A stretch of 64,000 bases of DNA from Mustelus asterias (taxonomy: Eukaryota): positions 1,488,001 to 1,552,000 of the forward strand of contig NC_135830.1 in assembly GCF_964213995.1 (NCBI RefSeq), given 5' to 3'. The position numbers and the translations under genes were made by a program. Of the stretch, positions 50,174 through 64,000 are shown piece by piece. Every line of letters begins with the position of its first letter. Position 1 is the first letter of the stretch. The notes under the pieces were generated by a model that did not search any database, had not been told where the DNA came from, and worked only from the letters and a program-made list of their open reading frames with translations.

Positions 50174-52007
50174 CGGATAGGGTTAAAGAGAATCCTAAGG
50201 CGTTCTATAGGTATGTCAAGAACAGAAGGTTGGTTAGGGCAAGTTTAGGGCCAGTTATAGATGGCAGAGGGAAGTTATGTGTGGAACCGGAGGAGATTGG
50301 TGAAGCATTGAACCAATATTTCTCTTCGGTGTTCACGCAAGGGGACATGAATATAGCTGAGGAGGACACTGGGTTGCAAGGGAGTAGAATAGACAGTATT
50401 ACAGTTGATAAGGAGGATGTGCAGGATATTCTGGAGGGTCTGAAAATAGATAAATCCCCTGGTCCGGATGGGATTTATCCAAGGATTCTCTGGGAGGCAA
50501 GAGAAGTGATTGCAGAGCCTCTGGCTCTGATCTTCAGGTCGTCGTTGGCCTCTGGTATAGTACCAGAAGATTGGAGGTTAGCGAATGTTGTCCCATTGTT
50601 TAAGAAGGGGAACAGAGACTTCCCCGGGAATTATAGACCGGTGAGTCTCACTTCTGTTGTCGGCAAGATGTTGGAAAAAATTATAAGGGATAGGATTTAT
50701 AGTTATTTGGAGAGTAATGAATTGATAGGTGATAGTCAGCATGGTTTTGTGGCAGGTAGGTCGTGCCTTACTAACCTTATTGAGTTTTTTGAGAAAGTGA
50801 CCAAGGAGGTGGATGGGGGCAAGGCAGTGGACGTGGTATATATGGATTTTAGTAAGGCGTTTGATAAGGTTCACCATGGTAGGCTTCTGCAGAAAATGCA
50901 GATGTATGGGATTGGGGGTGATCTAGGAAATTGGATCAGGAATTGGCTAGCGGATAGGAAACAGAGGGTGGTGGTTGATAGTAAATATTCATCATGGAGT
51001 GCGGTTACAAGTGGTGTACCTCAGGGATCTGTTTTGGGGCCACTGCTGTTTGTAATATTTATTAATGATCTGGATGAGGGTATAGTTGGGTGGATTAGCA
51101 AATTTGCTGATGACACCAAAGTCGGTGGTGTGGTAGACAGTGAGGAAGGGTGTCGTAGTTTGCAGGAAGACTTAGACAGGTTGCAAAGTTGGGCCGAGAG
51201 GTGGCGGATGGAGTTTAATGCGGAGAAGTGTGAGGTAATTCACTTTGGTAGGAATAACAGATGTGTTGAGTATAGGGCTAACGGGAGGACTTTGAATAGT
51301 GTGGAGGAGCAGAGGGATCGAGGTGTATGTGTGCATAGATCCCTGAAAGTTGGGAATCAAGTAGATAAGGTTGTTAAGAAGGCATATGGTGTCTTGGCGT
51401 TTATTGGTAGGGGGATTGAATTTAGGAGTCGTAGCGTTATGTTGCAACTGTACACAACTCTGGTGCGGCCGCACTTGGAGTACCGTGTGCAGTTCTGGTC
51501 CCCACATTACAGGAAGGATGTGGAGGCTTTGGAGAGGGTGCAGAGGAGGTTTACCAGGATGTTGCCTGGTATGGAGGGGAGATCCTATGAGGAGAGGCTG
51601 AGGGATTTGGGATTGTTTTCGCTGGAAAGGCGGCGGCTAAGAGGGGATCTTATTGAAACATATAAGATGATTAGAGGTTTAGATAGGGTGGATAGTGATA
51701 GCCTTTTTCCTCTGATGGAGAAATCCAGCACGAGGGGGCATGGCTTTAAATTGAGGGGGGGTAGTTATAGAACCGATGTCAGGGGTAGGTTCTTTACCCA
51801 GAGGGTGGTGAGGGATTGGAATGCCCTGCCAGCATCAGTAGTAAATGCGCCTAGTTTGGGGGCGTTTAAGAGATCCGTAGATAGGTTCATGGACGAAAAG
51901 AAATTGGTTTAGGTTGGAGGGTCACAGTTTTTTTTTTTAACTGGTCGGTGCAACATCGTGGGCCGAAGGGCCTGTTCTGCGCTGTAATGTTCTATGTTCT
52001 ATGTTCT
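50174..52007 (+). mobile_element. Young 5'-truncated CR1 LINE with an uninterrupted ~580-codon ORF2 portion (complete RT, no endonuclease), inserted in an old HE1 remnant
   Basis: ORF 50110-51912 from DRVKENPKAFY onward, with all RT motifs (KFADD). Flanks continue an HE1 3' region. Confidence 0.97.
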
Positions 52008-52639
52008 AGTGGTCGAATGGCCTCCTTCTGTACTTTGAAGATTTTATGATTCTGTTTCTGTGATTTTAAGCCCTGAAGTATCTGTCTAATTTCCCTACGC
52101 AAAACTGGATTTGCTTCGACTAGCCTTTCAGGACGTGAATTCCGACTCATAATAACCCACTGTGCAAAAGGAAAATAGATTTCCTCATCTCACCATCCAG
52201 TTCAATTAATTTGAATTTTCTGCTCCTGTTACTGATTTTTCTTCCAGTTGAATCGGGCTTTCTTCATTTTCTCCATTAATATCCTTAATGATTTGGAAGA
52301 CGTATGCAAAAAAAAGTACTCTCAGAGCTGAAGACTGACTGACAGACAGGGGATTGAAAGACATATCATAAACGGATGCAAATAGAAAGTAGGAAGAGCT
52401 GGTGAGGGACAAAAACTGTGAAATACATGAAACAAGTAACTCAGAGAAATGTGAAAACTGTAAAGGTGGCAAACTATCATTTCCCGGTTTTAGACAACAG
52501 GGGAAATTCAATGGCTGATCTACAGACATATCCAGTTATGCCCGGGAATGGAAGCTCCAGCAGATCACATTTGGGTCATTTATAAATGTCACCTCAATGT
52601 GTGACTCTGCGCTGTCACTGTGGCCAGATATAGGTCGCT

Positions 52640-52915
52640 TTGACAGATGGTTCCACCAGATTGTGGCCCCTGGATTTATTTTCTGCTCAGAAGTAAAATA
52701 TGCGGTTTGGTGGAACTGCAGTGAAACAGGAAGTTGTGCTACCCGAAAATGAAACAGCAGGCGTGAGTTGCGTGTTATCGCCGTGAACAGTCTTCCTGCC
52801 TGAACTCACACGGTCAATATCAGGAACCGACACACAGATTGTTTTTAGATTATACATTGCAATCACATCAATTATTGTACTGAAGAACAAGTTTGACTTC
52901 CTTCTGGTTTTAAAT
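52640..52915. promoter_or_regulatory. Candidate lymphoid enhancer block (copy B)
   Basis: CAGATG 52644, TGCGGTT 52701, ACAGGAAGT 52726, GAAAATGAAA 52745, CTTCCTG 52792, ATTGCAAT 52856. Confidence 0.45.
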
Positions 52916-55512
52916 CATACATTAACGTTGAAAATATAGAGATGCTTCACATTTCAAGAACCAATAAGAAATTAAATAAAATGAAACTCTCATGATTGAT
53001 CACTGGAAATTTTTTTTTTTAAGTCAGCCACGTGCTGGCTGAGAAAGCGACGAACGTGGATAAAATTGTTAAGTGATCTCTGACTGTGAGAGAGGGTTGA
53101 AAGAGTTAAGTTGTGCCTGAGAGAAGTTAAGTGACTTAGATGGTATCAGAATGTGTTTGTGACGGAGGTTAAATAAATCAGCTTGCGTCTCGGAGTGCCA
53201 AAGTGAGTAAGGTGTTGTCTTGAAGAGAGCAGAGAGGATTCGTGGGTCAGCTGCTGAAGGGGGTGGGCGGCGGGGGCTGATGAACTGAGGGATGGAGATT
53301 CATAGAGAGAGAGGGAAAGAATACAGACAGAAACATGCAAAGTGAGTTTGGTGAAATCTCAGAGAAAGGGTGAATTAAGTTCTGTCGTGAACCTGCTTCC
53401 AGTGACCATGGATTGTTCAGTGTTACATCGCTTTCTGAACAAAAAAATGTGGTATGGATAAATATCAAAGGTAGAAAGTGCATAATTGGAATGCAATACC
53501 ATCACCTGCCCAAAATTCAAACATTTGCACTATTATTATGTTTGTTAATGAAAGTAAATTAAATGCTAAAAAAAATCGTGGAGAATTGTATACATTAAGA
53601 ATGATTTGCACACACACACACAAACGCACACATACATACAAACACATTCACATTTACATTCACCCATGCACACACACACAGGCATCACATACACACACAT
53701 GCGCACTCACATGCACATATGTACACAGAGAATCTCACAAAACCTATACATATAGAGACAACATTCTGTGTGAGCTGTTTTCAATAGCACATCTTGAAAA
53801 GTTTAAAGTTTATATTCTGATCGTCATAAGGAAACTATAGGAGTCAATTCTACTAAGAAGATGGCTGATATTTAAATCTGGAACAAGCATGGGCACAACA
53901 AATATAATCCAAAAAATCATGCAGTGAGGGAGAGAAAAAAATCAGCTGACTATTCGTAGCATTGTGAACAATTAACACGGTACATGATTAGAATTGAAAC
54001 AGTATTGGACTTGCATTTCAATATTAAATTTGATAGGTTTGACACCAGCAATGCCGGTCACATATTCCGGCACAGCAAAATGTGGGCAGAATATCGTGCA
54101 ACAATTAAGTTTTCAATGTCTTGCGTGAAGAAATGTGCCTGTGACTGCGCCCGTGGAGTGATTAAAGGTGCAAGGTTTGATTAATATAAATCGAAGCAAG
54201 GTCCAGGGCAATGACTGATGAGTCAAGATGAAAATTAATATAAACTGGGACAAGATCTCCTCGTGCTGTGTTTACTGATGCAGGGTCTAGGTTAATACAG
54301 ACCGATACAGGGTCGAGTGCAGTGATAACTCACACAGAGTCGAGATTAATTTAATATTATTGTGCAATATTTACTGCTACAATGCCAAGACTATTTTAAA
54401 AATCTGATACGAAAACAATATAGTATTTGCTCATAAAGGCCCTAGATTAGTATAAACGTTGATCGTGTCTAGTTCAGGGTTTACTGATACAGGGCCTTGA
54501 TTAATTAAATCCTATAGAAAGCCTGTTGTCTGCATTTACTCATACGAAGTATAGATTAATACAGCTTGATCCGAAATATCGTGCAGCGTTTGTTGAGATA
54601 GGAACTAGATTAATGAAGTTTGATACAGAATATAGTGCATTATTTGCTGATACAGGAACTTGAGTAATATAGATTGATTTAGAATGCAGTGAAGTGCTTA
54701 GTGATACTGGGGAGCTAGATGAAAATAAATTGTTACAGAATATATAGCAGCATGTACTGATAAAGGGTCCAGGTTAAAAAAGATTGATACAGAATTAGTG
54801 CAGCATTTATTTATACAGGATCAAAATAAATAGATTGATACAGAATACAGTGCAGTATTTACATATAGAGGAATAAGATTCATGTAGATTGATGCAGAAT
54901 ACAGTGGAATTTTACTAATCAGCAGTCTTTGTTAATATGACCTGATACAGAATATGATGAAATATTTACTGATAGAGGAATTATATTAATATCGATAGAT
55001 ACAGAATACAGTGGAATATATTTACTGATACGGTGTTCATATTAAGATGGATTGATGCATAATACAGTGAAGAATTGACTAATACAGGAACTAGATTAAT
55101 GTAGATTCGTACAGAACACACTGCAGTATTTACTGACATGGGTGTTAGATTAATATAGATTGATACAGAATATCCTGCAGTATTTACTGTTACAGGAACA
55201 AGATTAATGTAAATTGATACAGAATACAGTGCTGCATTTACTGATAAGTGGTGTATATTAATATAGTTTGATACAGAATATAATGTAATGATAACTGATA
55301 AAGGGGGAGATTAACATAAACCTAGACAGATTCTAGTGAATTGATCACAGAGTTTGGTTTAATATAATCTGAAGCAGGATCTCGTCCAGTGATAACTGAT
55401 CCAGAGCCGAGATTAATATTAATTGATTCAGGATTTAGTGCATTATTTACTGTTGTGCAGTCTTTTCTTATTTTAACCTGGTACAGAGTTCTGTGCAATG
55501 ATTACTGATATA

Positions 55513-57455
55513 AAGAACAAAGAACAAAGAAGATTGCAGCACAGGAACAGGCCCTTCGGCCCTCCAAGCCTGCACCGACCATGCTACCTAACATAACTAA
55601 AACCTCCTACCCTTCCGGGGACCATATCCCTCTATTCCCATCCTATTCATATATTTGTCAAGACCGTATGTCCTGACCGTATCTGCTTCCGCAACCTCCC
55701 CCGGCAGCGAATTCCAGGCACCCACCAACTTCTGTGTAAAAAATCTGCGACGTACATCTCCTTTAAACCTTGTCCCTCGCACCTTGGGTAGACTGGGGTT
55801 GTTCTCCTTGGAAAGACGGAGAATGAGGGGAGATCTAATAGAGGTATACAAGATTATGAAGGGTATAGATAGGGTGAACAGTGGGAAGCTTTTTCCCAGG
55901 TCGGAGGTGATGATCACGAGGGGTCACGGGCTCAAGCTGAGAGGGGCGAAGTATAACTCAGACATCAGAGGGACGTTTTTTACACAGAGGGTGGTGGGGG
56001 CCTGGAATGCGCTGCCAAGTAGGGTGGTGGAGGCAGGCACGCTGACATCATTTAAGACTTACCTGGATAGTCACATGAGCAGCCTGGGAATGGAGGGATA
56101 CAAACGATTGGTCTAGTTGGACCAAGGAGCGGCACAGGCTTGGAGGGCCGAAGGGCCTGTTTCCTGTGCTGTACTGTTCTTTGTTCTTGTTCTTAAACCT
56201 GTGCCCCCTAGTAATTGACTCGTCCATCCTGGGAAAAAGCTTCTGACTATCCACTCTGTCCATGCCTCTCATAATCTTGTAGACTTCTATCATGTCACCC
56301 CTCAACCTCCGTCATTCCAGTGAGAACAAACCAAGTTTCTCCAACCTCTCCCCATAGCTGATGCCCTCCATAGCAGGCAACATCCTGATAAATCTTTTCT
56401 GTACCCTCTCCAAAGCCTCCACCTCCATGTGATAGTGCGGCGACCAGAATTGAACACTATATTCTAAATGCGGCCTAACTAAGGTTCTATAAAGTTGCAA
56501 CAGGGCTTGCCAATTTTTAAACTCAATGCCCTGGCTGATGAAGGCAAGCATGCCGTATGCCTTCTTGACTACCTTCTCCACCTGCGTTGGCACTTTCAGT
56601 GACCTGTGTACCTGTACACCCATGTCCCTTTGCCTATCAATATCTTAAGGGTTTCTGCCATTTATTGTACATTTCCTATTTGTAGATCTTCTAAAATGCA
56701 TTCCCTCACATTTGTCTGGATTAAACTTCATCTGCCACCTCTCTGCCCAAGTCTCCAACTGATCCATGTCCTGTTGTATCCTCTGATGGTCCTCATTGCT
56801 ATCCGCAAATCCACCAACCTTTGTGTCGTCCGCAAACTTACCAATCAATCCAGTTACATTTTCCTCCAAATTATGTATATATATTACAAACAGCAAAGGT
56901 CCTAGCACTGATCCCTGAGGAACGCCACTTGTCACAGCCCTTCATTCAGAAATGCACCCTTCCACTTCTACCCTCAGTCTTCTTTGGCCGAGCCAGTTTT
57001 GTTGCCAGCTCACCTCTGATCCCATGCGACCTCACCTTCTGCACCAGTCTGCCATGAGGGAACTTGTGAAAGGCCTTACTGAAGTCCATGTAGACAACAT
57101 CCATTGCCCTACCCTCATCAATCATCCTCGTCACTTCCTCAAAAAACTCGATCGAATTAATGAGACACGAAAAACCATGTTGCCTCTCACTGATGCGTCC
57201 ACTTATTTCCAAGTGGGAATAAATCCTGTCTCGAAGAATCCTCCCCAATAATTTCCCTACCACTGATCTAAGGCTCACCGTCCTGTAATTACCTGGATTA
57301 TTCTTGCCACCCTTCTTAAACAAAGGAACAACATTGGCTATTCTCCAATCCTCTGGGACCTCCCCTGTAGCCAGTGAGGATACAAAGATTTCTCTCAAGG
57401 CCCCAGCAATTTCCTCCCTTGCCTCGCTCAGTATTCTGGGTTATATCCCATCAGG
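55513..57455 (-). mobile_element. CR1 LINE (RT to 3' end) containing a nested opposite-strand CR1
   Basis: Minus ORFs 56946-57398, 56645-56935 and 56312-56623; sequence resumes seamlessly across 55785-56192. Confidence 0.93.
55785..56192 (+). mobile_element. Nested 5'-truncated CR1
   Basis: GRLGLFSLERRRMRGDLIEVYK...; TTGTTC tail. Confidence 0.92.
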
Positions 57456-60400
57456 GATATAGTTTCCTGATTAATAGAGAGTAATACAAACTAGAGTGTC
57501 CCCTTTACTGATATACAGCCCAAGATTCATATAAATGGATACAGGGTCTAATGTAATATTTACTAATACAGGGTTTAGATTAATATGAACTGACAGATTA
57601 TAATGCACTGTTTCCTAATACAGGCCCTAGGTGAATTTAAATTGAGGTTTGGTCTAGTGTAGTGATTAATGATACAGGTCCGAGATTAATGTAAATTGAG
57701 GCTGGGTCTAGTGCAGTGATTAATGATACAGGGTTTAAATTAATATGGACTGATATAGAGTCCAGTGCATTATTTACTGATACATGGTTTGGATTGATAT
57801 CAAAGAGACAGGTTCTATTGCAGTGAAAACTGGTACAGGTTTTGGAGCAATGTAACTTCAAACTGCTTCTAGTGCAGTGATTAATGATGCTGGGTGTAGA
57901 TGAATATAAACTGTTACAGGGTCTAGAGTGGCATTTACTGGTAAAGGTCTAGATTAAGAGGGAATGATGCAGGGTATAGGGTAGTATTTACCGATGCAGG
58001 CCCTAGATTAATATAAACAGATTCAGCAACTAGTCCAGTGTTTAATGATACAGGGGCTAGATAAATATATATTCACACAGCGCACATTGAAAGATTGAAG
58101 GAGTAAGGGCATGAATGAACATAAACTGAAACAGCATCTATAAGAGTGGTTGCTGATTCAGAGTCGAGATTAATGCAAACTTAGTCAGAGTCTTGTACAG
58201 TGATTACCGATATGGGGTTTCGATCAATATTAACTGAGACTGTGTGGAAGCAGTGATTTTTGATCTCGGGTCCAGATTAATATAATCTGACACAGGATCC
58301 AGTGCAGCGTTTCCTGATACAGGGCCAAGATTAATTAACCAAATGAACGATATAGTGCAGTGATTGCTGATACAGGCGCTATATTAATCTAAACTGATAC
58401 AGGGTCTAGTGCAGCATTTACTGATGCAGCGTCCAGATAAATATAAATGAGACTGGGCATAGCCTAATGGTTGCTCAGACAGTCTTTGAGTCATGGAATA
58501 CAGCACAGATACAGCGCAACACATCTGCAATTTTCAAACAGAACTACCTAAGAATTTCTCGATAAATATGAGCTCAGACAGGGTTTTGTGCAATAATTAA
58601 TGATATGGGGCCTAGATTAATATAGAATGATTCTGAATATAATGCAGAATTTACTGATTCCGAACTATATTAATATAGATTGATACAGAGTATGGTGCAG
58701 TATTTACTGATATAAGAACTAAATTATGGTAGATTGATACAGAATACAGTGCAGTATTTCTTGATATGGGACCTCGCTTAATAAAGATTGATACAGAATA
58801 TCGTGCAGTATTTACTGCACAGGGTTAAGATTGATTAAACCAATACAGGGTGTAGTGCAGTGATTACTGGTACAGGCGCTATATTAATCTGAAGTGATAC
58901 AGCATCTAGTCTAGAATTTGCTGATACAGGTTCCAAATCAATATATATATATAAATTAGACAGGGCCTAGTCTAATGACTGCTCAACAGTCGTTGAGTCA
59001 TGGATGAATACAGCACAGGTAAATTCCCTTTAGCGCAACGCATTTGCAATTGTCAACCACCTAAGAATTTCTAGATAAATATGAGTTCATAAGGGGTCTA
59101 GTGCAATATTTACTGAGACAGGCACTAGTTGAATATAAACAGACACAGGATGAGTGCAATGTTTATTGTTCCAGGGTCTTGGTCGATATAAACTGAGATA
59201 GGATGTTGTGCAATGATGTGTAAAAAGTATAGATTTATATACACTGAGACGGGAATAATGAAGTGATAGGTGATACAGGACCTAAATTAATAAAATCTGA
59301 GACAGGAAGCGTGCAATGTTATCAATGATACAATGATACAATGTCTAGATTAATATGAACTGAATCAGTGCAGTGATTATAGATTTATAGTAACTGAGAC
59401 AATGTACACAGCAGTGATTACAGATACAGGGTTCGGATTAATCTAAAAAGATACAGCACACACTGCAGTGATTACTGATGCAAGGGTTATATTCATATTA
59501 ACTCATGCAGTGTAAAGTGCAGAATTACTGACATAGGGTACAGGTTAGTATAAACTGAGACAGGGTCTACTGCATTGATTACTGATGGAGCATCTAGATT
59601 TATATAAACTGTGGTAGGCTCTAGTGTAGTGATTACTGATGTAGGGTCATGAGTAATATAATCGGAGACAATGTCTGGAGCACTGATTACTGATTCAATG
59701 TCAATGTTTATAAATTGATGCAGGGCCCGGAGCACTGATTCCTGGAGTAGGGTTATGAAAATATAAAATATTACAGTTTCTCATACAATGAATGTTGGTA
59801 CCAGTCCTGGATCTAAAAAACATGTGAACTGTTTTAGGTTGGTACAAAAATACAGTGACTAGTGGATGGATTACCGATTAAGAGCCTTGATGAAAAGAAA
59901 CAAGGATGAGAACAAGTGCAATGACTGCTGGTACAAAGCCGAAATGAAAATACACTGAAGCCGGGTCAAGTGCTGCGATTATTGTGAATCAACTGAACAG
60001 CATGGACATCATTTCTGATATAGAACCTACATTAATATGAATTAAAAGAGGCCTTAGCGCAGAGATTGATGATTAGTAAATGTACAGAATTATGAAACTC
60101 AAAACTGGGCTTCTGTGAGACGCCAGTGTAGGCCAGCAGCATCATTAAAACTGCATCAAATAACAAACTGTAACTGCATGGCTAGGGAATCCAACATTTT
60201 ACCCCGACTATCGGGCCAATGATAAGTCAAAGAGGGCACGCCAACAACAACAGCCTAAAAACCAAATGTCGGCTGGAAAGCCCATAAAGTCAGCCCACAG
60301 CCACACAGAGAAGCTTTAGTAAGAGCTAAGTCATTCCACAAACGGCGAATTGGATTAAAGCTGCGAAAATCTGTGACATGCTTTTGTAAAAGGTGATGGA

Positions 60401-60517
60401 TAATTAAACAATTAATTACAATATGAGGCTGCACAATTCCATCTATCCATCCCCAGGGGAGCGCATCCCAACATTGCAAAAGAGAAAGATGAATCTTTTG
60501 TAACTGAAGTAATAGCA

Positions 60518-61215
60518 TTTTTATTCATTCTTGGGACATCGGAAACGCAGGATGGCCAACATTTATGGACCATTCCTAGTTGCCCATAGGGGGCAATTGA
60601 GAGTCAACTACATTCATAGAGAATCATAGAATCGCTACAGTACAGAAAGAGGCCATTTGGCCCATCAAGTCTGCACCGACCACAATCCCACCCAGGCCCT
60701 ACCCCCATATCCCTTCATATTTTACCCGCTAATCCCTCTAATCTACGCATCCCAGGACACTAAGGGGCAATTTTAGCATAGCCAATCAACCTAACCCGCA
60801 CATCTTTGGACTGTGGGAGGAAACCGGAGCACCCGGAGGAAACCCACGCAGACACGAGGAGAATGTGCAAACTCCACACAGACAGTGACCCAAGCCGGGA
60901 TTCGAACCCAGGTCCCTGGAGCTGTGAAGCAGCAGTGCTAACCACTGTGCTACCATGCCGCTGTGGCTCTGCAATCAGATGTAGCCCAGACCATGTAAGG
61001 ATGGCAGATTTCCTTCCCGAACGGACTTCAGTGAACCATATGTGTTTTCCCGACAAACCACAATGGTTTCATGATCATCAGAAGAGTCTTATTTCCAGTT
61101 TTTGTGATTGAATTCAAATCCAACAGCCTGCCGTGGAGGGATTCGAACCAGGGTCTCCAAAACATTATCTAGATTAATAGTGTAACAGCAATTCAAGTAT
61201 GCCACCGTCTCCCCT
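60518..61215 (-). mobile_element. Older SINE (copy-B-specific) hosting an HE1 SINE; related remnant at ~38590-38910
   Basis: TTTATTCATTC...AGAGTCAACTACATT[HE1]GCTGTGG...CCAGACCATGTAAGGATGGCAGATTTCCTTC...GGATTCGAACC. Confidence 0.7.
60614..60960 (-). mobile_element. HE1-type SINE
   Basis: Consensus match. Confidence 0.93.
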
Positions 61216-61720
61216 GCTCACTGTCCCTCATGGTAGTTTCTGACTTAATTTCAATCTTTGCCCAGCAGGGATGCAAATATAAGAGTCACGAGGTGATGCA
61301 ACAGTGAGCACTCATTGACATCCCGGCAGCTATTTATGTTTTGTCATCTATATTTTCCAGTAAACTGATGTAATTTCAAATGTGAGAGGGATCATCTCCT
61401 CTGTGGAGTCATAGTGGACCCAAACGCTGCTAGTTGTGGTAGCTGAAAGTCAATGGTCTCAGTCCTAGGACATCCCTACAAGAGTTTCTCACAATAATTC
61501 CCAGGTCCAAAGATCGAGTCCGCAGAACGTCATCCATCTCAGGCCCCATCAATTTGGAATGGAAACAAGTTGCCCTCCATATTGAGAAATTTTCTAAGAA
61601 GAAACATGCGGTCTGTGGATAAATAAAACCTGAGAAAGCTCAGCTACAGGGCCTTGATTAATGTGAACTGAGAGAAGGTCAAGCGCCGTTATTACTTATA
61701 CAATGCATAGACTGATATAA

Positions 61721-61802
61721 TGTGGAGATGCCGGCGTTGGACTGGGGTAAACGCAGTAAGAAGTTTAACAACACCAGGTTAATGTTGGACTTTAACCTGG
61801 TC
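61721..61802. mobile_element. Internally deleted Penelope-like element
   Basis: Family head plus ACCAGGTTAA...TTAACCTGGT; 13-bp TSD TAGACTGATATAA (61708-20 / 61803-15). Confidence 0.8.
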
Positions 61803-64000
61803 TAGACTGATATAAACAGAGACGGATTCTTAGCCAGTGATTGCGGACGGAGGGCCTAGGTTAATATAAACAGAGAGAGCGCTAAGGGGAGTCTTTACTG
61901 ATAATGTATCCAAATTACTATCTACAGATATCGTGGCTATAGCAGTGATTAGATTCAGGGTCTGGAGTACCATAAACAGAGACAGGCTCCAGCGAATTTA
62001 TTACTGATAAAGGCCTAGATTAATATAAATAGTGACGGGCTATAGATATTTGATTGCTAGTATAGTATTTGAAGATAACGTAAAAAGTCAAGAAGTAGTG
62101 CAATAAGTACTAATACAAGTTGAATCTGGGCCTAATTAATATGTTACTGATAATGCGTCCAGATTAATACAAGAAAGACAGGACGTGGTGCAGTGATTAC
62201 TCATTCAGGGCCTAGATTAATATCACCTGAGACAGGATCTCGCACGGTGTATAATCAGAAAGGGTCTAGATTAATAGAAGCAGTGCTTGCTTCAACGATT
62301 GATATTACTAACACACGACCCAGCTTAAAAGGAATGGCGACAAGATTTGTGACTGGAATACCCCTAGTACAGGGGCCAGCTTTATCTAAAACGGAGACAA
62401 GGTCAAAAGCTGTACTTGTTGACAGAGCATGGAGAGAACATGAATCAAAGATAAATTTAGTGAGGAAGATTTTGATGAATTGCATTCTGAAATATTGAAG
62501 AGACAACAAGTCGTACAGCGCTCACTGAGGCACAAACTCGTGCAATAAAATCGAGATGGGGTTTGGTGTTTCATTTTCAAAACCATCTAAGTCTGCAATA
62601 TAATCAAATGAATGGTTTAGTTATGAATATCTAACAATTCTATGTTCGGGTTGTTGATACTACTGCCAGTGTAATAGGTTTATCTTAAATTTTTCAAACA
62701 CAATCCCTCATACCATAGACCAGTCCTGATAACGTTCCTCTAAGATTATTGCTGTTGATGAGAGTAATCCCAGTTTCCTGTTGTGCTGATGATACACCTC
62801 ACGGTGTGTAAAGCTCAAGTTCCAGAAATCCATCTAACTTCTCTGTTTCCAGTTGGTCATTCGGAATCACTGATCCCTACATACGACCCAGTTTAAATTA
62901 CAAAGCAATTTTTCAAACGTGTCAGCGTAATAACACAAGCTGGCAAGAGAACTCGCCACTTACAATTAAACTGATCCTTGGAGCCAAGATTGTTCTCCGA
63001 AATTTTAGGGAATGGAACCAAATGATTGAATTACAATGTCAACTCTCAGATGTTGAATGTACTTTCTGAGTGACTTTCCTAAATGGCCAATACCCCCATT
63101 CCTTAGGTTGTGCAGCAAGGTCATTGCTACCAGGATTCAGATGTGACAATGGTAATGTTAGCTCAGCATGAGGAAAATGTAGGAAGGAGGTAAGTTAACT
63201 GGGTTTAGTTATCCAGAGACGCTTAAAAAATTACTCCAGATGCATTATTTAAAACTCTGCTACAGCAAGCAGGGGAAGTTAATTTCCATTAATCCATAAA
63301 AATCGAATAAAAATACTCATCAAATTAACAACTAAAATAAAAGAGAATTACCATAAAACTCCATTAGGTTTATTCATGCCATTCAGGGGAAGGGTTCTGC
63401 AGTAACTTCCAGCTCACTTCCAGGAAGCTCACCTCCAAGTCACTCTTCACCTTGTCTTGGAAATATAACATCGTTTCTTCACTGTCGCTGAGACAAAATA
63501 TTATAATTCTCTCCATAACAGCACTGTGGGTGTACCTACACCTCAGGAATTGAAGCAGTTCAAGAAAGCAGATCACCAGCATCTCCTCCATGGCAACCAG
63601 AGATGCCAAATAAATGCTGGCCTAGTCAGCAACATCCTCATCCCGTGAGATGCTATTTCTTTAAAAAAAAGATCAACATGAAACTCCAGACCCACAGCAT
63701 TGTTTATTGACTTGTTGCTACCACTAGAATGACCCAGAACGAGATTCCACTGTCGCAACAGCGCTCCCCGGAAGTGTAATAAGAAATATATCCCGCAGAC
63801 TGCAGCTGTTCAAGATGCCAGCTCCCCTTCACTTTGTGGAAGGTTATTGGGAATTGGGCAATTACTTGCAGACTTACTTGCAAAACTCACAACCAGTAAA
63901 CTGAATTGGAGGGGAAGGGGTTGGTTCAGTTGGAGGGGAAAATAGAAAACCCAAATTAAAGGAAGAGGTAAAAGTGCAGTTTAGTGATGTGGTAGATGTT

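Larger units (their letters stand above)
54170..62470. repeat. Degenerate 54-bp (27+27) tandem array, copy B, interrupted by LINEs and a unique spacer (~60060-61630)
   Basis: Same units as copy A, with the sub-variant ATTGATACAGAATACAGTGCAGTATTT / ACTGATACAGGAACTAGATTAATATAG. Confidence 0.88.
52262..63895 (+). repeat. Segmental duplication, copy B (paralog of 2582-10925)
   Basis: Collinear with copy A apart from copy-specific TE insertions and array expansion. Confidence 0.93.

Overview
Eukaryotic, repeat-rich DNA from a cartilaginous fish. HE1-type SINEs, HER1/CR1 LINEs and cluster-type Ig organisation point to a shark. There is no intact host protein-coding gene. The core is a decayed shark-type immunoglobulin heavy-chain cluster on + (16.8-25.7 kb): TATA, leader, V-RSS22, one 12/12 D, RSS23-J, Cmu1 and Cmu2. 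The start codon is lost, V is frameshifted, Cmu1 has stops, and no Cmu3/Cmu4/TM exons are recognisable. The V is unlike the canonical shark IgM VH. A solo ERV LTR sits ~100 bp after J. A two-exon GPR139-like GPCR pseudogene (-) and a tRNA-Lys(CTT) pseudogene follow. An old, diverged segmental duplication relates 2.6-10.9 kb to 52.3-63.9 kb. Each copy carries a non-coding block with lymphoid TF motifs retained in both copies (candidate Ig-cluster enhancer) and a multi-kb 27+27-bp dimeric tandem array, suggesting a repeated cluster unit with another V just past the right edge. Short Penelope-like elements carry minimal hammerhead-ribozyme folds. Most of the remainder is nested CR1 LINEs, HE1 SINEs and microsatellites. 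All family assignments come from manual translation and recalled consensus sequences, not database searches.
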